Part shown: piece by piece, positions 38,123 to 51,999 of the stretch
Numbering within the stretch: the stretch's first letter is position 1
Layout: each line of letters begins with the position of its first letter
NCBI RefSeq assembly: GCF_947568905.1
Contig: NC_079170.1
Location: 15,810,001-15,874,000, forward strand
Source: Ostrea edulis
Taxonomy: Eukaryota
Length of the DNA stretch: 64,000 bases
Direction of reading: 5' to 3'
Position numbers and translations under genes: made by a program
The notes under the pieces: generated by a model
The model's input: only the letters and a program-made list of their open reading frames with translations
Database searches by the model: none
Told to the model about the DNA's origin: nothing

Positions 38123-41119
38123 TCAGCTACAACCATTATCGTTTTGTATTAATAAATATTCTTTTTCCAATGCATAGTATTTATCACTTCCTGCACTACC
38201 TGTTGGCGAAGTTTTCGACCGGTCCTTTGACTTTATAGAAGAATTCTCTGCATGAAATAAAAATGAATCTAAAGAAGGATTTCCTGAATGGATGATAACG
38301 GATTTCACAGATGAGCTGCCACTTTGAAGTTCGCTCTCCTTTCTCTCGAGTTTACAGCTGTATGCTAGGGCATCGCTGGACAAAAACACACTTACATCCC
38401 TGCCCATACTCTTCCTCTCTTCCAATCCACCTAAGTGGTGGTAAATGTTTTCTCGTGATCTAGAACTCGATGAACTATCTTCTTTGTAAGAAGGAACTTG
38501 AATAGCTTTATTCATCACCTGGTGAGAAAAGAAAAATCACGAAAATTCAAATCAAAGAAATATTTTTCTCGTTTGGATTACGACCAATTAATGAAATTGA
38601 ACAGTGATTAATCTCATAAATATCATGGAAATCTAACATCAAGGGCATGACCAACGCACATTCCCTAGACATGATACAGGTGAGATCGAGTGACTAGGAG
38701 GAATAAGCGCCCCCTTTTGACCGGTCACACCCGTCGTGAGTCCTGTATCTTGATTATGTAAATGGAGTCAGCCGTATTCAAATCGATACAGAAAGAATGT
38801 AGACAACATTTGACTTTATGACATGGCGTATTAGGAAATAAGATGGATTTAACAACCATAGCCTTTACAAAGTGTTGCCTGTGAACAAGATAGATAAGAC
38901 TTTTCGATGCCTTCGCTTTTAAAGATCATTATAGAATATTTCTTTTAAAATCTATGGCTCGGAATACTGTACCCTAAAATGATCTTCGATATCAGCGTAT
39001 TCTGCCTCTAATGGATTGATGATGAGTCTGCCCTCAGGTAAACCACTTCTCTCTTGGTGACTAGGCTGATAGGATACTGTTGACGGGAATCGATTGCTAA
39101 ACAAATAAAATCATTGATAATATTTGATAATTTTAAATTTAATCACTGAGTCAAAACATTATGTTTCTAGATAGCGCAGATTTCATGGAAGTTTTCTAAA
39201 TCTAAATTTTTCCTAATTTATTGAAACGCTGAAAAGTTGTGTTGTATATACATACAAATGAAGCTACGAACTATGGAAATTAAGCAAAAATGGGAAAACG
39301 AAGGTTGTGAAACAACAAAAATGAAATAATTCCACAAGATGCATATCACTTTTTTATATGACGATCAGTTTTCTATACATGTATATGGGAAGAAAAATGA
39401 CCTATGTACTAAACTAGTAGAAAACAGGTTAATTTTTGAAGCAAAATATCAGAGAATTAGGAATCTCTTGTAACAAGTGCATATAGATTTTCAAATGAGG
39501 GAATGCCTTAGAGGACAGTACATACTCTTTGTGCCGATTCAGGAGGTTGTAAATCACACGTAGGATCCCAATTCCAAAGAGACACCCGACAACGAAGCAG
39601 GTCACAATTAGGACAGCAATTATACCTGGACCTTGGATTAAATAAAAGGAAAGTTCTTACAAACGCTAAATGGTTATCAAATACATCAGAATGATTTTGA
39701 TATGAAATTGGAATGTAATAACTTACCAAGACATTCATTTCCATTCTCTTTGTTGTGTTCGAATATATTAAGCTGGTCTGGATTGTTGCCCTGCGTCCAA
39801 CATTCAATGGTTATATTTTCGATTATGCACTTTTTAATATCACATAGACTGTCTGTCATCTGTGTTGATTTCATTTCATTATAGTGAAAATTGATTTTGT
39901 ATTCAACACAATGATCTTTATCGAATAGATCATTATTGAACACATATATTGCTTTGCATGACATCGAACATGTATTATTACCTAAAATAAAAAAAAATAT
40001 ATCGTGTTGATGTCATTGTTTTCTTTCATCAAAAAGTGGCAAATAATGAAAGAAATCGCTATGAATAGATCCTACCTTTGTGCCTATTTGATAGATCCTG
40101 TAGAGGACAGTTTTGGTCGGCCATCATTGCATGCACTTGTAAAGCTTGTTCCAAACATATTTTCCTGAAGTTTTACAAAACGTATTGAAAAGAAAAGTAT
40201 GAGGTGAAAACAAATGTGTATGTATCTAATATGATCGTTTTAAACAAGAATTAGAATCTTATATATCGTTTAAACAAACCTTTCATTTTGGGGAAAGCAC
40301 AGGACTTTCTTAGGAATATCCATCGTGAAGCACAGAATAACACCTGTGTTGTATTGAAATAATGTATGGATGAAATAAAGATGAAATGAATTCTGTTGAA
40401 AAATAAAGATGTAAAAGATTGAATCATAATCAATAGATCCCATAACGGATTTATGCTACAGAAAATAGTTTTTTGTTTGTAAATCAGGATTTAGGTTATG
40501 AAAGGCCTGGTTTAAAACCAGAATTTCACAAATATAACAGGTCATTAAGTCGAATGCTCTCTGACGTGTTTCATACCAATTGTTAGACGGATCTTTACAT
40601 ACCGATTTTTACTACGAATTACTCAGTTTATCTGATAAGATATAGGACCCATAACATCTATGACCGTTGAACAGAGAATATTTACTCCCCCTAGACATCT
40701 GATCCCAACTCTTGTGTTTCCAGGGACCCGTGTTTACCAACTCATAATTTTATATCATTTATTGGATTCAATATAACAAACAGTGAGGAATCACACAATT
40801 CTATATTACACTGCATCATATTACTTTGTGAATCATCTCAGATCACTAAATAAAGTTAGTAGTGTTATCCACTGAAACGCAGAATTCATGGCTCTGAGGG
40901 ACACAAATGATTTCCATACCAACGAAGATTTAAATGAAAGAGATCCTACATCAACTTTAGCAGTGTATCGACAAGTAAACTAATATTCGCCCTGTCCCAT
41001 GTTAGACTTATAAGCTTACCCACATCAATATAGTGTGTAGTTATTGTTATCACCGTACCAAAATTTATATAATCACAAACAACAACAAACTCACCAATTA
41101 ATGTGTATCCCATGTCCAT
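38123..41119 (-). CDS. Gene B3: full-length B-type receptor, about 352 aa
   Basis: Exons: 41119-41095, 40343-40280, 40164-40076, 39981-39727, 39631-39526, 39096-38973, 38518-38123. Exon 1 is 25 nt (MDMGYTLI+G) with a GTGAGT donor. The tail contains EYADI, IYHHL, YYAL and EYLLI. A TATA-like TATATAAA lies at 41218-41211. Exon 1 is the least certain part. Confidence 0.82.
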
Positions 41120-43477
41120 ACTGTTGACTGGCAATTTAACTCGTAACAGGTTTCCTAAATCGAATTTCCTGAATTTATTTGTAACATAGTGACATGGTAA
41201 TATAATTGCGTTTATATACAAAAATGACTTCCTGTTACACAAGTATCAAGGAGAAAACTTTAAAACTGATTCATTGTTTTAAAAGGCATGACAATTAAAT
41301 TCGAAATAGATTCTGCGAACTCTTGTCCCATGTCCTGCATGGTACTGTGCGTGAAGAAACAAGTATTTCATGAGAATTTATCCCATTACATATTTGAACA
41401 ATATAATTAGGGATTACTGAAAACAATCTGTCACCAATTCCTCGCAATGTTACACGGTGATACAAACTGTTATAAAATACTTCAAAAAAAAAGAAAAAGA
41501 AATACCTACCATATACATTAGTATAACACTGTTTGTCCATTGCGGGTTTAATTGCTTAACAGGTGATGTCGACTTCTCCAAGGAACCTAATACCACCTTC
41601 GGTGTTTGTAACGGTCTCTTATTCGATTTCGTATTATATGTAGAAGTTATGACATTGGTACCTGTTCGATATCTTTACCCTTGTTTCCCTTTGCAACTGA
41701 TTGATGATCAACTTATATCAAGAAACTGATATTTTCAAGTTTTATAGAGAATTTTATTTACAATACATGGATATCGAAATGACTTCTTGAGATTCATGAA
41801 ATGAATGAAAGATACGCAATTATGTTAAGTAGGGACATAGAAATATGTCAGGGGAAAAAGCATTAATAAACAGATCATTTTTTGATAAATTCCGTACACA
41901 CAACCCTTTTATACAAAAACAATATGTATATATAATTAAGTGCATATTGACCTCCCATACATTTTTCACCAGACCGACAGTCTCTACATCGGCTGTATAT
42001 CACGTGATCAAATATCAAGATAAAATCGTACCGTGCATGTATGTATAAATCGTTCCATTGGCATGGTATCCATATATCAATGCAATTTGAAGTTGATGTA
42101 ACCTCAAAACATATTAATTTCTTAATTTGAAAAGTGATGGGAACAAATTAATCGTGACTTGCAATTTTTGCATTGAATATGCAAGATGCAGCGATTTTTG
42201 CATATACGAAGTTGAATCTAGCCTGAAAAATATGTTTGCTGTTGAAGCCACAGCTTGCTCCCCTAACTTTTTTTTTGCAATGAAGTTCACATGCCACATA
42301 AATCAAACATCTTTCACTCAAAAACCTCGGGGTGTCGTGCCGATGAAATTTTTATGTACGGAAACCCAGTTTATGCAAATGAGTCCATTGTGAAAGTCAC
42401 TTTACGTGTAGATTAGGGGTGATATCAAGATCACAATATAATACGGATATTACTTTAGCATATATGTTATATAAAAAAGAAATTGAAACTATTTCAATAT
42501 CAAAGAGAATTAATATAACCCATTTGACAGAAACTTTTACACAATCGCGGTTTATCGTTTGACAGGGGTGGTAAATAACGAAAAACTAATTTGACATTTC
42601 CAACTGCAAAAGGATTGTAGATATTTACGTCATGACCTTCGTCATGTCGTATTTTTCATTATGACGTCATGTAATGTGCCTGTGCGGTAAAATACATTTT
42701 TACAGTATGGTAATTATGGGTAAAACTTAAGGTTAATCGATCCTCTTGTGATGTCACAGGTTTTTGCAAAACTCTTTATCAAATTAAAATTTGCGCATGA
42801 TAGAAATATATCCTTCAGAGGAATTTTATTCATTGCATAACATAAAAAAAAATTGTAAAGTATTGATTTTGAATTTTTTTTATATTTTCCATAGATAATC
42901 AATTCTTTGTAATTAAAAAAATGTTGTTAAGGGCAATAACTCCTATGCTGGTATTTATTCTACTGTATGTATATTATACATGATTTCCCTAATATCCAAA
43001 ATTAATTTATACAAATTTATGAATTGACATTTCTTTTAAAACTGTTGACATTTAAAATTTGTCATTTCAACAAGTTTTTATCTATTTTAATTAATCTGCA
43101 TACAAAAATGTGTGATTTTCTGATGTTAACATATACTTTCGTTTTTTTTTTATGTCTGACATCTTTACAAATGTGGCAAAATACACATTTTCTTTGGTTA
43201 TTGATTAAAATTAACTACATTGAATGGAAATTAATACAGATTTTGAACTTTTAACCATTAATATTGATAAGTCTCATGAGGATCGACCCACCTTAACTCA
43301 GCCGCGTTTGATAGGTACACATGATTTTCTTATAAACAAAATATAACACTTACTTGTGCATTGTGATAAGGTTCATGACAGTGCTTTAATTATTGCGCAT
43401 TGGATTACAGACTTAGTGACTACAATTAATAAAGGATATGTATTGCAAAACATTTATAACATTCAAAATTGAAGTAA

Positions 43478-43975
43478 ATATTCCATTATCACCTGCATAT
43501 GGTGTTTATATCTCTCAACTGATTCGATACACAAAAGCGTGTTCTGTGTATGGGGAGTTTGTAAATCAAGGCAAACTACTGGCAATCAAGTTGATGGTAC
43601 AGGGGTTTCAAAAGTCTCGATTGAAGTCAGCATTTCCCAAATTCTATGGTCGTTATAACGATCTAGTTCGTCAATACAACCTATCATTGGGTCAAATGCT
43701 GTCCGACGTGTTTCATACCGATTGTTAGACCGTTCTTGACACACTGATTTTGACTACAGATAACTCTGTATACCCGATCAGGATATAGGGCTCATGGCGT
43801 GTGTGACCGGTCGACAGGGGGGGGGGGTGGGGGTGGGTGGGTGTGCTTACTCCTCCTAAACGCCTGATACCACCTCTGGTGTGTCCAGAGGTCCGTGTTT
43901 GCCCAACTCCATGTTTTGTATTGGTTATAGGAGTTATGAGATTGATCACTGTTCGTTATCTTCACCTTTCAAGTA
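43478..43975 (+). mobile_element. Penelope-like RT C-terminal fragment and 3' end
   Basis: NIPLSPAYGVYISQLIRYTKACSVYGEFVNQGKLLAIKLMVQGFQKSRLKSAFPKFYGRYNDLVRQYNLSLGQMLSDVFHTDC* (ORF 43438-43728). Confidence 0.85.
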
Positions 43976-44349
43976 AATCGTACCATGTTTATTTATAATC
44001 TCATCAGGAGAGTCTGAAAAGCATGATAAACATTGCCAATAACTCTTCTCACTGTTCGTTATCGTCACCTTTTAAATGATGTGCCAAATAAGAATACTGC
44101 TAAGAAAAAGTGGAGATAACAAACTGTGATCAATGTCATAAATATAGTAAAGGAGTGTGGTTTTTGCGAATTTGTTCAAATCTACGAGCATATAGAATAA
44201 GTGAAAAAAAAATAGTTTTCATAGTAATTAATTCTATAAAAGATACAAGATTAGGGCTAATGCAAACATGGACCCCTGGATATAGCATAGATGGGAGCAG
44301 GTGCCTGAGAGCAGTAAGTACTCATTGTGTATATGTAACGTTGATATAT

Positions 44350-45170
44350 ATCGAATACCAAACAATACCTATTATTTAATTCGTGGCACCATAAACATAC
44401 CGGAAATAATATTCCATAAAATTTACAAAGACGTTTTGCACGGTAATATTGGACGTAGAAATTCTGGATATTCATCTTTTAAAATCTTACAAAGAGGTTG
44501 TCCTCATGAATATTAACACAGCAAAATCACATGCAAGAAATGACCTCCTTGCAGTGTGAAATAAAGAATTGTGTCAAACCATACGTTGAAACAGATTACC
44601 CTAAAATCCGGAATTTATTCAAATAATCAGAAATAACCTTCTTATCTTAGAAGCTGACTTAGACATGAATTAAGTTTTGGAAAAATCCCAAATCATCACA
44701 AGTAAACGACGAAGTCCTTCACTTGAATCTATACTTACCAGATACTGTTTTACCAGTAATATAAAAGAAACTCATATCATTACTAAATACAACAAAACAA
44801 GACGTGTTACGTGCCTCTTCATCGGAATTTGTCTTCAAAGATGAACGTAAATTTACACTAAAAGCATCAATGTCATGTGTTAGGTCCAACCTTATTTATG
44901 TAATTATCAGCACCGGATGCGGCGAAAATACCATCGGTTAGACAGGAGACACATTAAGTCACTACATGACCGTTCACCGGCAGCAGATCTGAAAACCTAA
45001 AACGCAGTGTTACCCATGCATGCAAAGGCATTAGAAATTGCGCCAAAAACATTAATCCGAGTTTTAATGTTTTTCCAATTTATAAATTCTATGAAAACAC
45101 AACAGAAAAAAACAACAACGTCAAACCAAACTATTTATTCAAAAATATAAAACTTTCTTAAATGTTACAT
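44350..45170 (+). mobile_element. Degenerate Penelope element: RT thumb plus GIY-YIG endonuclease remnant
   Basis: HTGNNIP*NLQRRF... and ...MSCVRSNLIYVIISTGCGENTIG*TGDTLSHYMTVHRQQI*, with stops. Confidence 0.65.
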
Positions 45171-46044
45171 AATCTAGTTTTACAAAATATGAAGTTCTAC
45201 TTCCCCCACATTCTATCTATTAACAATCATCTTTTCATTCATATGTCGATTTAATGTCCTAGTGAAAGATTCCGACGAGTCCTCCACATCGGCCTCATAA
45301 GTAGATATTTCATTGAACATAAATGTTGATAAACAACTCAACCTTATGACGACCGATATGACTTCAGCTTCCTCAACCTCAAAATTTCACATTTATGTAT
45401 CAGTATTCCATTATCTCCAACAGATTAATAAAACATGTTAAAATATAAAAACACAACTCTTGACATCTATAACATGAACATTTTGATGCGTTCTCGTTCT
45501 ACATGAAAAAAGGGAGTTAAAATAGGTTGTTCCCCGCAGCTTGTTATTTTTCATTGAAACAAAAACAGATCTTGCAATTACAAAAATGTCATTTATTAAC
45601 ACATCAGGGACTTACGAAGATCTTACTATCGTATCAAATAGTACATAGATAATGATAATTGCTAATATTGAAAAACAAGGTGACCAAGTATAAAATGCAA
45701 GATCACCAAGTATCACCTGCAAGGTCACCAAGTATAACATGCAAGCAAAATTTACAAAAAGGGTAGATATAAGGGTGGCGAGTGGCGGTAGGTATATTTT
45801 CGTTAAATTTGGTGTGGACAAATCAAGTGTCTCTAGGTAAACATCCAAAATGAACATATCGCGAAATATCTAGTACTTCACCAAACTGGCTTAAATTATT
45901 CACACTTACAATACATTGTTACAAATAAATAAATTATTACACTTAGATAAATTATAAACAATAAAGTTAAATAAACAAATCATGTATTTTGAAACTGATC
46001 GCAGATATACATTGAAAGATACGGTGGCTGTCAGACCAATATAC

Positions 46045-46290
46045 CCGCCCATTGGGGGTCCGGGTTAGAATAGGTCCAGAGTACTCCTTACTTGTCGTAA
46101 GAGGTGACTATATGGGACGGTCCTTAGGATGAGACCGATACCTCCCTGATAAAAGGTCGTAATCGCAGAGTATAGGCCTACATTTTGAGGGACTTCACCG
46201 TCAATGGTTGAGCGAAAATTTCTCGAGTCGGACGTTAAACAATATTCAACAAACCAACCAACCAACAAACCAACCAACCAACCAACCGAC
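46045..46290 (+). mobile_element. Mollusc SINE with (AACC)n tail
   Basis: CCCATTGGGGGTCCGGGTTAGAATAGGTCC...CTTAGGATGAGACCG...TTCTCGAGTCGGACGTTAAACAATATTCAACAAACCAACC... Confidence 0.75.
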
Positions 46291-46540
46291 CAATATATCC
46301 TTGTATGGAGACAATGTATTTGAATTGTGTTTGTTGACTTTTAATATTGGATATATTTACTGTATAAAATACTGGAAGATAAGAAAAGGAAAATGACATT
46401 CCTCTTGGTCTAAAAGCTATGAAGCTTAAGTGGGTAAAATACGACTGTTTATTCAAGATATCTGATACAAGAATCATAGAAACAATTTTGATTGAATTGA
46501 CCGTGATCTAAAAAAAATCAAGAACTTTAAAAATGTTCTT

Positions 46541-49500
46541 CTAATTAGAATTCGTATCAGATGGTTGTAGTATTAGATATTCCTTCTCTAGTGCGTGGTA
46601 TCTGTGACTTTCATCACTCCCTGTTGGGGACGTTTTTGTGTCATTGCTTGACTTTGACGAAATACTACCAATGTGAATCACTACCGATCTCAAAGAAGGA
46701 CTTCCTTTTTGTAGTTCCCTGACTGTTTTACTATCTTCGTATTCATATGCGGGAAACTCACTTGAGAATAAAGTGTTACGCTGTAATTGCATGCCATAGT
46801 TCAACGAATCATCTGTTTCATTTAAATGGTGGTAAATTGTTTCCTGTGACCTTGAATTCAGTGACGAATCTTCTTTATCTGATGGTACTTGAGTTGCCTT
46901 GTGTATATTCTACAATAGTAAAGACAATGTTGATTAACAGCGTATTAAACCAGAAATCACTTTGAAAAGTCTTTATATGTCAAGTACGGAAATCCTTCTT
47001 TAAAAAGACATAAAAAATGTTCAGCTGATGAGTCTTAGATTTAGATTCAAATTAGGAATATGCATGGATTTTATTGATATCATCTTTGAAATATGTGAAA
47101 TGTTGGGATTATTCTTCGGGTTATATTTGATGGACAAAGAATCATCCATATAGGAATGATGAATGCCAACCTTGAAATGTTCCTCTATGTCACTATATTG
47201 TGCATCTTGAGAATTAATTTCTATCCTTCCATCATGTGACTGAGTATCACTGGCATGTCGCTGACGGAAATGTACGGAAGTCGCTATCTGTGTCTTGAGT
47301 ATTCTGAAACAAATGACGGTACATAGCAATCTGATCTTGTGTAACTTTGATATTGAAAGAATAACAATTGCTTATGATTCGTCAAAATAATATGAGGTCT
47401 TGAAGACATATTTTCTACTTTATGAAAAGAAAAGAATTTTAATATTGGGGTTTCATATCACTTTCTTGATCACCAAATATATTCAATTATACAAAATATT
47501 CATACATTTAGTAATTACATAGAGAAGAAATCACACTCGTACATCTAGTTATAGTGTTGGTAAATTGTAGTTAAAATTATTTATTTCATTAAAATAAAAA
47601 TGAAATATATACCCATTATGACGACGCCTAAGACAAGAAATGATTTGGAAGAAAACCGATCCTAAAAGTACTCCGCCTGTCGCGCATCCTAGGACCAAGC
47701 CAACTATTGTGGCCTTACCTTTAACAATACAAAAAACATAGAATAGGACCAAACCAACTATTGTGGCCTTACCTTTAACAATACAAAAAACAAAGAATTA
47801 TGGTTAAAACTACACCATGAAGAAAATAATAATTACTGTTAAGAACGTCAGGCAAACTATTTTTAAAACAGTATAAGTATGGAAAATCCAAACATTTGCA
47901 ACATAGAATCAACTTTATATACAATACTTACTTATACACTCATTATTCGACTTCAGCGTATCATTTTTTCCCGTTGTTAGATTATTCAACAATTTGTAAT
48001 TTGATGTGTCATTCACAATATTCCAATTGTCATTCTTCCAGCAGGTAAATCTGATAAAATCCACACTACATTGTTTGATTCCACACGGGAAATTCTTGAA
48101 AGTCGATGATGGGGCACCAGTAAGATTAAAACTAATGTTGTAGCCAATGCATCCTTTGTGTCCTATCCTGACGTCATACTGTCCCATGCATGTATACCTG
48201 CAGGGTTTTACTAAAGAGAATAACAGAATGTAAGATTTGACTAACGGTAATCTAATAAATGGCAAGATAAAGGTAACGAGTAGGGATAATATCAGAACTA
48301 TAAGGAATATAAAATTAAGAGTTGGACAAACACGGAACCCTGGACATACATATACCAGAAGTGGGGCCAGGTATATCTGTGATCAACTTGATAGTAGTTT
48401 ATTTGTAATTGTACGACCTGGTTTTGATAAAGGAAATATTGATTATTTGATATAACATAGCATGGAACATTTCAAATGTCCATCCATTCCCAGCTCACCC
48501 GATTAAACGTTTGTCAGAAGTTGTTCTTATATTCAAAATCATATTCAGAAGTTGTTCTAACACATATTAGTTGGAATATACAAGTTAATCAAAATAAGCA
48601 TACAATGATTGGCTATTTGATTTATAAATCTACAAACTAGTTAAACCTAAATCAAGGGAATTTGAAATAATATCCAAAGAATAAAGTGTCTAGGAAAGGA
48701 AAACGTGACTTACCTCTACTCTCAAGTAGTCTTTCTGGACATTTACCATCGTTAAGGACGGAGTGGATCTCGAGAGCATGCTCTAAACACATAGTGCTAC
48801 AATGAAAGTAACGCTGATAGCAATAACAAGTGAGATTCAGTTGTAAGTCACATAAGGATCTTTATAAGTTTATTGTTATCAGAACATATGTGAAAATTCA
48901 GCAGGATATAGATGGATTTCATCACATAATTATATTCCATCATGCTGTTACACGAACAAAGTAGCTTACAGTACAGTACCTTTTAAAATTGGGAACAGCT
49001 TCTGTTTGGATTTGAAAGTGGAGCATGATACTATAAATACCTACAAAATGGCCAAAAAAACCTCTTAAAGATGTTCATACCTAAATTTTGTAGGATTGTC
49101 AATTGTTTTGGAAGCATATTTTTGATTTATCAGTAAAAGGGGAATATGAAACTAGAAAGAAAAACAAAGTGAATAGTGCTTGTTATTGAACCACAGTGCA
49201 TTAACCTTTGTGTACGTAAAATCTACTAACGATAATATAATTGGTTATTTTCGTTGATTTCAATAGAACATAGGCAATAAATATGATTCATTGCATCAAA
49301 TAGATATCTACTAATGTCCTCTAACAATATCGATATAAAACGTTTCATGCAATTAGATTCCTTGGACGAATTTGGCTCCACTTTTTTGGCACGCTGTTTT
49401 TGGCTATATTTAGCTCTAAAGCTTCATAGTTATTTCGGATTTCAAACATTTCGGTTGAGCATCACTGAAGAGACATTATTTGTCGAAATGCGCATCTAGT

Positions 49501-50115
49501 GCATCAAAATTGGTACCGTATAAGTTTTACATTGAAATCAATTAATGTCTTTTTGCATTTAACGTACGGGAAAACATATCATCATGTAGAATTTGAGAGT
49601 TCAAAAGAACATCCTAGGAGTATCGTCAGTTTTTAAAATGGCGCAAATGATAGATAGTCTTGTTTCAAGATCCAAGATGGAACTTAAAAAGTGGGGCTAA
49701 TGGATCAAAGTTTTGAATTATTGACCAAAGTGATAAATTGTTACATAAAATTTCGGGTAAATTGATGGAGACGTTTTCGAAAATCGATGTATATCAATCG
49801 AAGTCCTGCATTTACATTTTCATTAGTTTCCGGTTTTCACCACTTTTATAAAAAATTACAAAATTGAATTATACATCTAGGAATATAAATATTGAGGATA
49901 AATCCTGATAAAACATGCAGATTTACAGCTTCTTAATTAAACAAACATGTCACCACAAAATGTCATCCTTTCCCAAACCCTTTCAAAATTTGAATTCACA
50001 TACATATCATCAAATGGATACGTATAAGTATTAATTGACAATTGATATTTACATGTTTAATCAGAAATATCATGCATATAATAGAATACTCACAGGTACG
50101 TATGAAATCTTTCAT
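46541..50115 (-). CDS. Gene C: divergent family member, about 350 aa
   Basis: Exons: 50115-50094, 49040-48980, 48796-48714, 48210-47932, 47718-47613, 47303-47171, 46909-46541. Phases match the other genes. MKDFIRTCIYSIMLHFQIQTEAVPNFKSTMCLEHALEIH...KCP...PCRYTC...GCIGY...PCGIKQC...TCW...NECISKATIVGLVLGCATGGVLLGSVFFQIISCLRRR...QYSDIEEHFK...KATQVPS...IYHHL...YHAL...EYLIL. Confidence 0.85.
47697..47804. repeat. 54-bp tandem duplication spanning the acceptor of the gene C transmembrane exon
   Basis: CAACTATTGTGGCCTTACCTTTAACAATACAAAAAACA occurs at 47701 and 47755. Confidence 0.92.
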
Positions 50116-50515
50116 CTTTTTGTCCTCAAACGTTAGCTTATTTCACTACTCTGTGAGTAAAAAGGTATTTGTCACCATTTCCCCATAAATTTCATATTTC
50201 AATGGAAGTGCATTTCCTCTTTTCTATGTCAAATTATTAAAGGAACACATAATTTACAAGTATTGTCTAACAATAATTGTGCTTCGATAATTTAGTGTGT
50301 ATTTGGAAACGTACTTTGTGCGGAAATCACTTAAATTTATTAAACACACACTTAGGAAGTCAGTTTTGCTATTATTTGTGTGAAATTGTTACACTGATTT
50401 AGTGGATGAGATGTAACAAAAGAGCATAAAATCATTTGCGTAGGACGTACCAATTCCAGATAATCAAACTACATCTTTTCAATTAAAAACAATCACTTGC
50501 ATTGCTTATATCATG

Positions 50516-50517
<2 letters not shown>

Positions 50518-50566
<49 letters not shown>
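50518..50566. repeat. (TA)n microsatellite
   Basis: Direct reading. Confidence 0.95.
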
Positions 50567-50568
<2 letters not shown>

Positions 50569-50627
50569 AAATTGCGTTTTTAAAAAAATCACAGTGACCG
50601 GTATAAAATAATAAAAGAAATATCTGT

Positions 50628-51199
50628 GAAACTGGGACTACTCTGCGAACTCGTATACGAGTTCACAAACAACACATTTCAGCACCCGAATACAGAAAAA
50701 TTAAAGTTAGTGAACATATAGATGTGTGTGGCCACGGACAATTCAGTGTATTTCCATTTTATAAACTGTATACAGAAAATACTATTTCCCGACGAGAAAA
50801 AGAAAGACACTTTATCAAGACTTTAAAACCGGATCTCAATAGCTTACTGTGAAATATGTTTACTGTTATTATCTATGACGTCGTAATATGCTTAACGTAA
50901 AAACATTTTCCCTTCATTCGTTTATGACGTCGTTATGTACGTGAAATGTTACTGTTTATTCTATTTCTTTTAATATATATATATATATATACATCGGTAA
51001 AAGTATAGATAAGAAATTAAAAAATTTCTTTTAATATATATATATATATACATCGGTAAAAGTATAGATAAGAAATTAAAAAATGAAACACGAAGACGTT
51101 TAGTAAAGCTTTAGCGCTTTCATTTCAAATCTTCAGAAGCTTCTGAAGATTTGAAATGAAAACGCTAAAGCTTAACTAAACGTCTTTGTGTTTCATTTT
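50628..51199 (+). mobile_element. 5'-truncated Penelope element: GIY-YIG C-terminal frame (50628-50852) plus a palindromic 3' end
   Basis: ETGTTLRTRIRVHKQHISAPEYRKIKVSEHIDVCGHGQFSVFPFYKL...EKERHFIKTLKPDLNSLL*, followed by a 60-bp tandem duplication and a 120-bp palindrome at 51080-51199. Confidence 0.75.
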
Positions 51200-51999
51200 T
51201 ATTTTTTACCTATATATAATGTTTTCATAAGATATAGATATTTCATATTTTTATCGGTTCTGTACTTTTTATAATAATGCAAAGTGAAAAGGTGAAGATA
51301 ATGAACAATGATAAATTGCATAACTGCTATGAGGAATACAAAATCAAGAATTGGGTAAATAAAGACCCCTGGACATACTAGAGGCAAATTAACGAGAGAA
51401 TCCCACCGAGTACGAGTTAATATTTGAACTGATTTTTGCACAAGGATAATTTGCGCGCTAAATTTAGTATGACCCGGGGTCACCGTAATTTTATTTACAA
51501 CATTCTACACAGTTTACTACGCTATCAAAATAATCCCACAAAACAGTGAAAGTATAATATATACAACACGTGTGAAGATGTATAATGCACACTATTAACG
51601 TGAAATGGATAAACAAGTCACTGATTATTTACAGGTCATCATTTCTAAACAAAATTAATTCATTATTATCTGCATCTCCATAACAAATTTCTCAAAAAAA
51701 AAAAAATCAAAACAAAACAAAAACAACCCCAAAACACCCCCTCCCCCCCAAACCACAATGCGATACCAAAAACCCAACATGTAATTAATACAATGCAGTG
51801 AAAGTGAAATTAAGCTTCGGATATCACCTTTTGAAATAATTTTTGCCATTTATTCATGGATAAAGATCAGCTGATTTGGACCTGGGATGGGGAAGTGTGG
51901 CCCCTTGTCACTTTCTGCCATAAGCAATACAAAATAAAGAGTTAGGCAAACACGGACGCTTGGATAACACCAGATGTATACTTTGTAGTACTTTCGCAT

